Shown here piece by piece: positions 1 to 8,917 of a stretch of 43,300 bases of DNA. The position numbers were made by a program, and so were the translations under genes. Source of the stretch: an uncultured Deferribacteres bacterium (GTDB taxonomy: Bacteria > Zhuqueibacterota > Zhuqueibacteria > Zhuqueibacterales > Geothermadaptataceae); contig CAXHAT010000047.1 in assembly GCA_964014485.1 (NCBI GenBank), forward strand, positions 1 to 43,300, read 5' to 3'. The notes beneath the pieces were generated by a model. The model saw nothing but the letters and a program-made list of their open reading frames with translations. It did not search any database and was not told the DNA's origin. Positions within the stretch are counted from its first letter, which is position 1, and every line of letters begins with the position of its first letter.

Positions 1-2194
1 CGTTTTTCTTGCCGTCGGTGATGTAAGGACCGTAACGCCCGTTGAGCACCTGAATGTCCGTGCCTTCGAAAGCTTGGATGACCTTATTGGCGTCAGCCGT
101 TTTCTTTTCAGCGATAAGCTCAAGCGCACGTTCAAGGGTGACCGAGTACGGGCTGTCTTCCTTCAAAGACACGAATTTGTTGCCGTAGCGAACGTACGGG
201 CCGAACCTGCCGATGCTTGCCGATACAGCCTCGCCTTCAGCGGTTTCTCCAAGCTTGCGCGGCAACTTGAAAAGTTCCATCGCTTCTTCAAAAGTAATTT
301 TTTCCAGGCTTTGTCCGGGGAGAAGAGAAGCGAATTGCGGTTTTTCTTCATCGTCTCTGGTTCCGATTTGGACCACGGGGCCGTAACGCGCCATGCGTGC
401 GGAAACCGGTCTGCCGCTTTTCGGATCGACGCCGAGCTCGCGCGCTTGCAGCACTTCTTCACGCGGCACTTCCGCTTTTTCGTCGACGCGGGCCGAGAAC
501 GGAGCCCAGAATTCTTCCATCAACGGCTTCCAATCGCGTTCGCCGCGTGAGACGGCGTCAAGATCGTCTTCCAGACGCGCGGTGAAATCATAGTCGACGT
601 AGGTGTCAAAATGCTCGGTTAAAAAGCGGTTCACGATGCGGCCAATATCCGTTGGCTTGAAGCTGCGAGCTTCCAATTCCACATATTCGCGATTCAACAA
701 AGTCGAAATAATCGAGGCGTAAGTTGATGGACGACCGATGCCAAATTCTTCCAGCGTTTTGACCAAACTGGCTTCCGTATAGCGCGCCGGAGGCTTGGTA
801 AAATGCTGTTCAGCGCGAATTTCGAGCAAATCGATCCACTCGCCCTTTTCCAATTTCGGCAACATTTTTTCATCGCCGTTGTCTGCCGGAGCGTCGTCGC
901 GGCCTTCCTGATAAACGAGGATAAATCCAGGCTCAAGAATCGACGAACCAGTCGCGCGAAAAATATTTCCTTCGCCGCACGAGAGGTCGACGGTCATGAC
1001 GTTGAAGATCGCGGGAATCATTTGGCTGGCAACGGCGCGTTTCCAAATGAGATCGTAAAGCTTGAATTGATCAGGCGTCAGAAACGGCTTCATGTCGCGC
1101 GGCAATCTTTTCGCGGAAGTGGGGCGGATCGCTTCGTGCGCCTCTTGCGCATTTTTCGATTTTGTTTTGTAAACGTGCGGCTTGCCGGGGACTTTGTCAG
1201 CGCCGTAGTGGCTCGAAATCGTATCCCGGATTTCCTGCACAGCTTGCTGCGCCAGCATAACGGAGTCCGTCCGCATGTAGGTGATCAATCCGACCGATTC
1301 ACTGCCAAGCTCAACGCCTTCGTAAAGTTGCTGGGCGACGCGCATGGTTTTTTGCGCGGAAAAACGTAGTTTTCGAGAAGCTTCCTGCTGCAAAGTCGAG
1401 GTCGTAAAAGGCGCGGTCGGGTTGCGTTTCCGTTTCTTCAGTTTAACGTCAGCGACTTGCATTTTGCCGTTGGCCGCTGTCAAGAGAGCCTCGCGGATTT
1501 TTTCGGCTTGCGGCTCTTTTTCAATCGTAAACTGCTCGACTTTCTCATTGTTGTATTGAATCAATTTGGCGAGAAAAGGATGCTTTTCTTTTTTGAGATC
1601 CGCTTCAATACTCCAATACTCACGCGCCACAAAAGCTTCGATTTCTTTCTCACGTTCCACGATCAGCCGCAGCGCAGGACTTTGCACGCGCCCCGCCGAA
1701 AGGCCGCGTTTGATTTTGCGCCAAAGAAGAGGGGACAGGTTGAAGCCGACCAGATAGTCTAAAGCGCGTCTCGCTTGCTGTGCGTTAATCAGTTCCATCG
1801 ACAATTCGCGCGGATGAGAAATGGCTTCTTTAATGGCGCCTTTCGTCACTTCATGAAAAACCACGCGATGCACAGGCTTTTGACTGAGCGCTTTTTTGCT
1901 CTTGAGCATTTCGTACAGATGCCAGGAAATAGCCTCGCCTTCACGGTCGGGGTCAGTGGCGAGGTACAAAGCGTCATTTTTCTTGAGCGCTTTCGCAATG
2001 GCGTCGACGTGCTTTTTGTTGCGGTCGATGGGTTCATACTTCATGGAAAAATCTTCCGTATCAACCGCGCCTTCCTTGGGAATCAAGTCCCGAACGTGCC
2101 CGTAAGACGCCAGCACTTCAAAGTCTTTACCTAAATATTTTGTCAACGTTTTCGCTTTCGCCGGCGACTCGACGATTACTAAATTCTTAGCCAT
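1..2194 (-). CDS. topA: DNA topoisomerase I (type IA), runs off the left edge of the window
   Basis: Manual translation from the ATG at 2194 gives MAKNLVIVESPAKAKTLTKYLG...ASYGHVRDL...LATDPDREGEAISWHL (Toprim motifs). The C-terminal part has repeated (G/A)R(Y/F)GP motifs. It is missing from the ORF track because no stop lies in the window. Confidence 0.97.
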   Translation of the reverse strand, partial: MAKNLVIVESPAKAKTLTKYLGKDFEVLASYGHVRDLIPKEGAVDTEDFSMKYEPIDRNKKHVDAIAKALKKNDALYLATDPDREGEAISWHLYEMLKSKKALSQKPVHRVVFHEVTKGAIKEAISHPRELSMELINAQQARRALDYLVGFNLSPLLWRKIKRGLSAGRVQSPALRLIVEREKEIEAFVAREYWSIEADLKKEKHPFLAKLIQYNNEKVEQFTIEKEPQAEKIREALLTAANGKMQVADVKLKKRKRNPTAPFTTSTLQQEASRKLRFSAQKTMRVAQQLYEGVELGSESVGLITYMRTDSVMLAQQAVQEIRDTISSHYGADKVPGKPHVYKTKSKNAQEAHEAIRPTSAKRLPRDMKPFLTPDQFKLYDLIWKRAVASQMIPAIFNVMTVDLSCGEGNIFRATGSSILEPGFILVYQEGRDDAPADNGDEKMLPKLEKGEWIDLLEIRAEQHFTKPPARYTEASLVKTLEEFGIGRPSTYASIISTLLNREYVELEARSFKPTDIGRIVNRFLTEHFDTYVDYDFTARLEDDLDAVSRGERDWKPLMEEFWAPFSARVDEKAEVPREEVLQARELGVDPKSGRPVSARMARYGPVVQIGTRDDEEKPQFASLLPGQSLEKITFEEAMELFKLPRKLGETAEGEAVSASIGRFGPYVRYGNKFVSLKEDSPYSVTLERALELIAEKKTADANKVIQAFEGTDIQVLNGRYGPYITDGKKN

Positions 2195-2332
2195 AAATTC
2201 GTTCTACTCTTATTCGTTTCCGGAATTAGTCCTAAACCGATTGCCTGTATAAGTTGCCGTTTTTACCTCAATGGCGCTTTACCGAGTCACTGTCGGCCAA
2301 ACCCAAACGCCAAGGATGCGACGACGTTCAAA

Positions 2333-3607
2333 ATGAAATGCTCTTATTCGATTCTATTGCTTTCGGCGCTTGTTTTCAACGCTTGCAACAAGCCGCCTGC
2401 CCATCCTAAAATCGATCCTGATAACCTGGTGTTCCAAATACTCGAAGAAAGAAAAGAGACGTTTGGAGAGGTGCTGAGCGACCTCGAAAAATTCGAAGTC
2501 CAGATTCTATACACCCAAATTGATCGTGATCAGGAAAACGCGCCGAAATTTACTTCGCACGCTTTTCGGCTTGATGAAAGCCGCTACTTTTATCCGGCCA
2601 GCACGGTCAAATTTCCGGCTGCTTTATTGGCCTTAGAAAAATTGAACGACCTGAAAATAGGAAGTTTGACTAAATTTGCAAGCCTAAAAATAGACAGCGC
2701 TTATCACGGACAAACCGCCGTTCTGCACGACTCCACTGCTGAAAGCGGATTGCCGTCCATTGCGCATTACATCAAAAAAATCATGCTCGTGAGCGATAAC
2801 GACGCCTTCAATCGACTTTACGAGTTTGTGGGACAGCGGGCGTTGAACGAGCGTTTATGGAAAAAAGGCTACAAGAATCTTTTGTTGACCCACCGCCTTT
2901 CCGTCGGTTTGCCGCCGGAGCAAAATCGCTGCACAAACCCGATGACGTTTTATCAAAATGATCAAATTTTGTATGAGCAAGCTTTGGTTTGTAACGAGCA
3001 TGTTTATGAAAACAATTTGCAAGGCTTGCGAAAAGGCCTGGCGCACTACGCGAAAGGGGAATTGGTCGAAGAACCGATGGATTTTTCAAAATCGAATTTC
3101 TTTTCGTTGGCTGACCAGCAAAATATTATGAAAGCTTTGTTTTTTCCTAGCACCGTGTCCGACAGCGCAAAATTTCGATTGACTGACGCCGATTATCAAT
3201 TTCTCTACAAATACATGTCCATGACGCCCGGGGAATCGCGATTTCCCAGCTACGATGCGGCGAAGTATTACGACGGCTACGTTAAATTTTTTATGTTCGG
3301 CGATTCCGAAGAAAAAACGCCGAAGCACATTCGCGTCTTTAACAAAGTCGGCATGGCCTACGGCTATTTGACGGACAACGCTTACATCGTTGATTTTGAG
3401 AACAAGATCGAATTTCTGCTCTCCGCGACCATCCACGTCAACGCCAACCAGACTTTTAACGATGACAATTATGAGTATGATGAGATCGGCATACCTTTTC
3501 TCGCAAATCTTGGGCGGGCGGTTTACGAGTACGAACTTAATCGAAAAAGGGAGTTCCGGCCAAACCTGGAACGGTTCAAGGTAGACTACCAGAGTGCTGA
3601 CAGATGA
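2333..3607 (+). CDS. Serine hydrolase / beta-lactamase-fold lipoprotein
   Basis: Lipobox-like N-terminus (LVFNAC), SxxK motif (ASTVK), SDN motif, and NKVG in place of KTG. Confidence 0.85.
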   Translation: MKCSYSILLLSALVFNACNKPPAHPKIDPDNLVFQILEERKETFGEVLSDLEKFEVQILYTQIDRDQENAPKFTSHAFRLDESRYFYPASTVKFPAALLALEKLNDLKIGSLTKFASLKIDSAYHGQTAVLHDSTAESGLPSIAHYIKKIMLVSDNDAFNRLYEFVGQRALNERLWKKGYKNLLLTHRLSVGLPPEQNRCTNPMTFYQNDQILYEQALVCNEHVYENNLQGLRKGLAHYAKGELVEEPMDFSKSNFFSLADQQNIMKALFFPSTVSDSAKFRLTDADYQFLYKYMSMTPGESRFPSYDAAKYYDGYVKFFMFGDSEEKTPKHIRVFNKVGMAYGYLTDNAYIVDFENKIEFLLSATIHVNANQTFNDDNYEYDEIGIPFLANLGRAVYEYELNRKREFRPNLERFKVDYQSADR

Positions 3608-3644
3608 TCCATTTGCTTGATATGACGTTTCTCGAAAACATCAA

Positions 3645-3687
3645 AATTGGAGTCGTGGAATGATGGATTGTTGGGACTATGGATGAA
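3645..3687 (+). repeat. Degenerate 8-bp tandem repeat (about 5 units), inverted relative to the array at 4023-4110
   Basis: TGG(A/G) recurs at 3648, 3656, 3664, 3672 and 3680, exactly 8 bp apart. Confidence 0.7.
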
Positions 3688-4022
3688 TTTGAGCGGATAA
3701 AATTTACGAATACAAGTTCCGGCAATGCAGAGTCATTCAGAATGAAAACATCGTATTGTTGACCTATTGCTTTTCGCAGACTTTCAAAAAAAACGGACGC
3801 CGTCTTTTCTTCGGAGCGATTAATCTCAAGCGTCGCCGCTTGGGAACAGCTGAGATTCCTCACTCCGTGCCGGAAAGCAGATGTTGGGTTATGAGAGCGC
3901 TCGTTGAGTAAGCGCATTTCTTATCACGAAATATTCGTTCGGAATGACGCATCGCTCAACTTCGATCCCGGCGTTGGCTAAAAAAAGCAACCCATGCAAA
4001 TTCATTTAAGGCTATTTTTTGA

Positions 4023-4110
4023 ATCCATCGATCCATCGATCCATCGATCCATCAATCCATCAATCCATCAATCCATCATTCCAACAATCCACTACTCCGC
4101 ATTTCCAGCT
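4023..4110 (+). repeat. 8-bp tandem repeat ATCCATC(G/A) x7 plus about 4 degenerate units
   Basis: Read directly: ATCCATCG x3, ATCCATCA x4, then TTCCAACA, ATCCACTA, CTCCGCAT, TTCCAGCT. Confidence 0.95.
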
Positions 4111-4115
4111 CTTCA

Positions 4116-4907
4116 TCACCCGCCTTGTATGACCAGCTTTTTGAGGCCTCGCGAAATCAAGTAGCGCCCCAACCATAGAAATGCGATGATCCAAAGAAAT
4201 TGATGAACAAAGACCGGGAGAGCTTCGGCGGGTGAAATATGTCCGATCCAGAGACGAAACGGTGCGTCGCCCAAGCCGCGAAACGGCAAGAATTGCACGA
4301 TCGGCTGCGCCCAGTCCGGGAAAAAGGGCAGCGGAATCACGAGCCCGGAAAACAGCACCACCATGGGAAAAGTGAGCTGCGAAATTCCCTCGCCGGAAAT
4401 CGTCCACATGGACAAAACGGTGGAGACCGCCGTAATGACGCAGCTCAAAATCACCGCGCCCGCCGTCGCCAGCGCCCAGGCCGCGACCGCTTCAAAGGAA
4501 TCCGGCGTTTGCAAGCCGAAAAAAAGCAGCGCCGCGATAAACATTGGCAGTGCGCGCAAAAGCGTCGGGACAATGCGCGCGGCGACGATTCGGCTCATCC
4601 AAAAAAAATACAAATCCAGAGGCCGCAAAAGCTCATAGGCCACGCCGCCGGTTCGAATGAGTTGTTGAATGTCTTTGTTGGCGTTCCAGGGAATCAGGGC
4701 GAACATCGCCTGGCCGAGCCAGATATACGAAATGACTTCTTCGAGCGTCATTGGCTGCGTCTTGGTCGAGGCTTTATAAAACGCGGTAAAAATCATGATG
4801 CGGATGAATCCCCAAAACAATTGCGTGGCAAACCCTGCAAGTGCGGCGGCGCGGTATTGCAGCAGCAAACGAAAATACGTGCTGAAAATGGCGAGATATG
4901 GTTTCAT
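4116..4907 (-). CDS. ABC-2 type transporter permease (DUF990 / viologen-exporter-like)
   Basis: About 6 TM helices, QYRAAALAG start, IRTGGVAYELLRP motif and C-terminal LVIQGG, all typical of this family. Confidence 0.9.
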   Translation of the reverse strand: MKPYLAIFSTYFRLLLQYRAAALAGFATQLFWGFIRIMIFTAFYKASTKTQPMTLEEVISYIWLGQAMFALIPWNANKDIQQLIRTGGVAYELLRPLDLYFFWMSRIVAARIVPTLLRALPMFIAALLFFGLQTPDSFEAVAAWALATAGAVILSCVITAVSTVLSMWTISGEGISQLTFPMVVLFSGLVIPLPFFPDWAQPIVQFLPFRGLGDAPFRLWIGHISPAEALPVFVHQFLWIIAFLWLGRYLISRGLKKLVIQGG

Positions 4908-5009
4908 GAGCGATTATTTAGCTTCAGAGAGCGCCCGAGAGTTTTTATCAAAATTAGCTCCGGCGTTAAACGCTTCAGCGTTTGTTTTTTGATGCGCTGT
5001 TATGGTGAT

Positions 5010-5128
5010 GGGGCTGCCAAAAACATGGCTTCTGAATGAAAGGCATTCCACGTGTAGGGGTTCAAGATTTTGAACCCCTACAACATCTCGTGCCGCACCT
5101 TAAAAATATTATGTTTTTCGACAGCGCC
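5010..5128. mobile_element. MITE-like element with imperfect terminal IRs enclosing a GTAG-type REP palindrome
   Basis: Ends GGGGCTGCCAAAAACAT and ATGTTTTTCGACAGCGCC; internal palindrome GTAGGGGTTCAAGATTTTGAACCCCTAC at 5054-5081. Confidence 0.55.
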
Positions 5129-5143
5129 ACGCCGCCTGCAAAA

Positions 5144-6145
5144 TTATTCCAGTGCGTTCGCGCCTAAATCTGCATAAAGCTGGGCGATGATTTCTTCAAT
5201 CGGCGGATTTTCAACAAACAAATCTCGAACTTGACTCCTGGCCGTCACTCGTCCAATCAAATCGGCGGCGCTGGTTTTTTCCGGATTAAATGCAAGCGTC
5301 ACCCGTCCGCCGTCGCGCGAAATAAACTTTGTCTTTTCGTCTTCAACGTGATCTTCCGGGTCGACAAGATCGACGATAAGCCTGCGCTCAGAAGAAACTT
5401 TCGCTCGCAAATCGATAAGTTTGCCGTCAAAAAGGAGCCGCCCGTCGCCAATGACGATGACGCGCGAGCACAAAGTCTCAACGTCATCCATATCGTGAGT
5501 CGTGAGCATGATCGTCATCTCATTTTTCCGATTTAAGCCGCGAATGAAATCACGTACAGCCAGCTTTGAAACGGCGTCCAGACCAATGGTGGGCTCATCG
5601 AGGAAAAGTATGCGCGGAGAATGTAAAAGTGCGGCGGCCAGTTCGCACCGCATTCTTTGGCCCAGGCTGAGTTGGCGCACCGGCACGTCGAGCAACTTTG
5701 AGAGATTGAGCACATCGACAAGGTCAGCCAGCATTTTTTTGTAATCTTGCGGAGTAATTCTATAGATTTCCCGCAATAATTCGAATGAGTCGAGCACCGG
5801 CAAGTCCCACCACAATTGCGTGCGTTGGCCGAACACAACGCCGATTTTTTGCACGGTTTCAACACGATGCAGCCAAGGCGTTTTGCCCAAAACTTTACAA
5901 TCGCCGGAATCAGGTACGAGAATGCCGGAAAGAATTTTGACCGTCGTCGATTTCCCCGCCCCGTTCGGTCCGATGTAGCCGACAAGTTCGCCGGGCTGAA
6001 CGGCAAAAGAGGCTTCGTCTAGTGCGGCGATGGTGTAATATTGCCGACGTACAACGCCGCGCACTGCGCCCCACAATCCTGACTCGCGTTTGGCGATCCG
6101 GAAACTTTTCGAAAGCTTTTCAACTGAAATCAAAGGTTGAGACAT
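5144..6145 (-). CDS. ABC transporter ATP-binding protein (ABC-2 exporter)
   Basis: Walker A GPNGAGKST, signature LSLGQRMR, Walker B LFLDEP, H-loop TTH. The ATG at 6145 is preferred over the GTG at 6163. Confidence 0.95.
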   Translation of the reverse strand: MSQPLISVEKLSKSFRIAKRESGLWGAVRGVVRRQYYTIAALDEASFAVQPGELVGYIGPNGAGKSTTVKILSGILVPDSGDCKVLGKTPWLHRVETVQKIGVVFGQRTQLWWDLPVLDSFELLREIYRITPQDYKKMLADLVDVLNLSKLLDVPVRQLSLGQRMRCELAAALLHSPRILFLDEPTIGLDAVSKLAVRDFIRGLNRKNEMTIMLTTHDMDDVETLCSRVIVIGDGRLLFDGKLIDLRAKVSSERRLIVDLVDPEDHVEDEKTKFISRDGGRVTLAFNPEKTSAADLIGRVTARSQVRDLFVENPPIEEIIAQLYADLGANALE

Positions 6146-6302
6146 AGCGGCCCCGATCGTCACTGAAAATTTGAGCGCTTACAATCGTGATTGTTGGCAT
6201 ACTGTAAAAGTTTTTTTTGACAAGCAGGGAGAATTCTCTCGCCAGTTCGATTTGTTTTTAGCTGTTTAGTGTTCGCGGCTATTTTGAAGGGGCTTGAATA
6301 GG

Positions 6303-6330
6303 GTAGAGACGCGATGCATCGCGTCTCCAC
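6303..6330. repeat. GTAG-type REP-like palindrome
   Basis: GTAGAGACGCGATGCATCGCGTCTCCAC is a near-perfect 28-bp palindrome starting with GTAG. Confidence 0.8.
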
Positions 6331-6364
6331 ACAATTTGTGTATTTAGCTTGAGGAGTGCAAAAA

Positions 6365-7153
6365 ATGGCGGATTCAGGAAAGACATTATTTGAAAAAAAC
6401 GGAAATATCGCGACGATCACAATTAATCGTCCGGAAGTGTACAATGCGCTCGACCATGACGTGAACACGGAGCTTTTACAGCATTTTGAAGCTGTGGGGG
6501 GAGATGACGCCGTTCGGGCGGTTGTGCTTACGGGGGCGGGAAAAGCCTTCTGCTCCGGCGCAGACGTCAGCATCATGGCTTCGGGGATAACGCCGGATCA
6601 GCTTGGCGAGTTTGTGCTCAAATATTACAAGCCGCTGATTCCGTTAATTCACGAATTGGACAAGCCGGTTGTTTGCGCAATGAACGGCGTCGCGGCCGGG
6701 ATTGGCGCGTCACTGGCGTTGGCCTGCGATTTAAAAGTGATGTCGGAAGAGGCGAGTCTCATGTTGGCGTTCAGTAATATTGGCTTGGTTCCCGACGGTG
6801 GCGCCTCATGGTTTTATGCGCGACAACTCGGATATTCGCGCGCCTTGCAGTTGGCGATTGAAGCTGAAAAACTCTCGGCGGACAGAGCGCTGGATTATGG
6901 GATGGTCAACAAAGTGGCGCCTGCGGGGGAAGTTTTGAGCACGGCGCAAGATTGGGCGGAAAAGCTGGCCAATCGTCCGACGGTGACGCTTGGCTTGACG
7001 AAGAAAACGATGCGATTTGCGATGGAAAATGGCCTCGAAGAAACGATTGTTTTTGAGGCCCAAACGCAAAAACGCTCCGCCGCCAGCGAAGATCATAAAG
7101 AAGGCGTCAGAGCGTTTCTTGAAAAAAGAAGGCCAAATTTTTCCGGCAAATAA
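6365..7153 (+). CDS. Enoyl-CoA hydratase/isomerase (crotonase, PaaG-like)
   Basis: Motifs INRPEVYNAL, AFCSGAD, NGVAAGIG, IGLVPDGG and EGVRAFLEKR. GAGGAG RBS lies before the ATG at 6365. Confidence 0.93.
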   Translation: MADSGKTLFEKNGNIATITINRPEVYNALDHDVNTELLQHFEAVGGDDAVRAVVLTGAGKAFCSGADVSIMASGITPDQLGEFVLKYYKPLIPLIHELDKPVVCAMNGVAAGIGASLALACDLKVMSEEASLMLAFSNIGLVPDGGASWFYARQLGYSRALQLAIEAEKLSADRALDYGMVNKVAPAGEVLSTAQDWAEKLANRPTVTLGLTKKTMRFAMENGLEETIVFEAQTQKRSAASEDHKEGVRAFLEKRRPNFSGK

Positions 7154-7155
7154 GC

Positions 7156-8355
7156 TTATCGCGAAAGCATGGCAATATCTTCCGCCGCGATCAAAGCGCG
7201 GGCGTCTTCGACCACAGTCGGGTCAAAATATTTTGCGGCCACAAGGTGCAGGCGCGCCTTTGGCTTGCCGACGCGTTTGTAAGCAAAATAGGCTTCGAGA
7301 TGCCCCAGAGCCACGTCGCGCTTATCAGAATCTACAGGCTTTTTCGTATCGCTTTTTAGGCCGGGGACAGTAATCGCCATTTGAGGGCGGATAAAATCTG
7401 GATCGTCAATTTGCTCCGTGTTCGCGCGATAAATATTCGGCCACCAATAGCTGTCCTTGTAATAAACGCCGGCCAATCCCCACAAAGTTTCTCCTTCCGC
7501 TACGCGATGCTCTCGATCTTCCCGGAGAATGCCGTCGCCTTTGTCCTGGGCGGGCTCCGATTCGACGCTGCTTTTATTCAAGGCGGAATTCTCAGGTTCT
7601 GATTCGTCTGCAGGGGCTTCATTGTTGGCTGAATTTTGCGCCAAATCATTTGAAATAAGCTCGGTTTCAAGCGGAGTCGGTTGCGCAAGTTGCGTCTTCG
7701 TGGAAAAGAGACTGCTATGATTTTGCGGCAAGACTAAAAATAGAATGAGCAAAAGCGCGGCGACGGCCAAACCAAACCAGGTTCCCGACGAACGATGGTG
7801 TTCTTCTTCACGCCCTTGAGACTTATGCCGCGCAGGGGCGGGCGGCTTGGGTGAGCGGCCTGGAGCTTTGTGAAAACCGGGCGCACCGTTTCCGTTTTTT
7901 GGAGGAGCATAAAATTCCGTCGTGTCTTCCAAATCTTCTTTGTTCACAAACACAACGCCGGGATCGACGGGGGCGATAGGCGGCTGCGTCGGAACTACGG
8001 TCACTTTTTGCGTTGCTAAAAGTTCGGTCGGGAAGTCTTCGACGATTCTGGGCAGCAAGTGGTTGTATTTGCGGTTGATGAAGGTGCGGAGAGATTTCTC
8101 AGGCTGGAAAACGACTTTGTTTTGTTCGGGGATGGTTAGCGGTTCGCCGGTTCTGGGGTTGACTCCCGTTCTTTCGGGGATGTGCCGAAGCTTGAACGCG
8201 CCGAAATTCTGTAGACGAACGACGCCGTCGCGAAGGAGCCCCTCATAAATTAGATGCGTCGTTTCTCGTGCGACTTCTCGGACAAACTGTTGTGACGCGC
8301 CGCTCGTATTTGCGATTTCTTGAACGATTTCAGCAAATGCGACTTTTTCACTCAT
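7156..8355 (-). CDS. HU/IHF-family DNA-binding domain - linker - TM helix - LysM domain fusion protein
   Basis: N-terminal HU motif (VRLQNFGAF...ERTGVNPRTGEPLTIPEQNKVVFQPEKSL), TM segment WFGLAVAALLLILFLVL, and LysM HRVAEGETLWGLAGVYY...WPNIYRAN...IDDPDFIRPQMAITVP. Confidence 0.88.
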   Translation of the reverse strand: MSEKVAFAEIVQEIANTSGASQQFVREVARETTHLIYEGLLRDGVVRLQNFGAFKLRHIPERTGVNPRTGEPLTIPEQNKVVFQPEKSLRTFINRKYNHLLPRIVEDFPTELLATQKVTVVPTQPPIAPVDPGVVFVNKEDLEDTTEFYAPPKNGNGAPGFHKAPGRSPKPPAPARHKSQGREEEHHRSSGTWFGLAVAALLLILFLVLPQNHSSLFSTKTQLAQPTPLETELISNDLAQNSANNEAPADESEPENSALNKSSVESEPAQDKGDGILREDREHRVAEGETLWGLAGVYYKDSYWWPNIYRANTEQIDDPDFIRPQMAITVPGLKSDTKKPVDSDKRDVALGHLEAYFAYKRVGKPKARLHLVAAKYFDPTVVEDARALIAAEDIAMLSR

Positions 8356-8639
8356 GACATGTTCACCTCCTGAACGTTTTCCTTGAGGCGCTTGGCTTGC
8401 CGGAATTTGGCGACTTGCTTTACCGGCAATTCCATCATTTTATTATGGTGAGGGTTGAATGAGCGACGATGAGAACGCAAGCGCGTTCCGAAGGTTCCGA
8501 GCCCGGGAATGGTAAATTTTTTCTGGTTGCCCAGCGACTGTCGCATGTGCAGGACGAATGTTCTAAAAACCGTTTCCACTTCTTCTTCAGGTCTGTCAAT
8601 CGCCTGTTTCAAGCGCTCGATCACTTCTGAATTATTCAT
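8352..8639 (-). CDS. HU/IHF-family DNA-binding protein
   Basis: 95 aa with FTIPGLGTF...RRSFNPHHNKMMELPVKQVAKFRQAKRLKE. Its stop overlaps the next start (ATGA at 8352-8355). Confidence 0.88.
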   Translation of the reverse strand: MNNSEVIERLKQAIDRPEEEVETVFRTFVLHMRQSLGNQKKFTIPGLGTFGTRLRSHRRSFNPHHNKMMELPVKQVAKFRQAKRLKENVQEVNMS

Positions 8640-8917
8640 AGCGCCCTTTCTGAAAAAATTAGTGAATTTTTGTAACCTGTCTTTGGGCTTTGTGCAGGGT
8701 GTGTAACCGTTCTTGGAATTATCTCAAGAGTTGTGCCGTCGTTTTGCACTTAAATCCCCATTTCTTAAGCGTCTTATGATGACATTTTATAAATATTTCT
8801 TCATCAAAGCGCAACTAATAAAAATTGTGTGGAACAAGCAATTCGTTTTTTTTATATTAGCGGCCTTTTGCAGCAATCATTGAGTTGAATCAAAATTTCA
8901 CTATATCAGGAGATCAA

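Noticed and set aside
74..2134. Several plus-strand ORFs (74-550, 803-1369, 1775-2134 and others)
   Set aside because: They are antisense shadows of topA, which occupies the minus strand continuously.
2333..3607. Bona fide class A beta-lactamase resistance gene
   Set aside because: It has SxxK and SDN but KVG instead of KTG, is much longer than class A enzymes and has no mobile context; activity cannot be inferred.
4023..4110. Possible CRISPR array or coding repeat
   Set aside because: It is a contiguous 8-bp tandem repeat without spacers, and the overlapping ORF 4060-4407 is a shadow of the permease.
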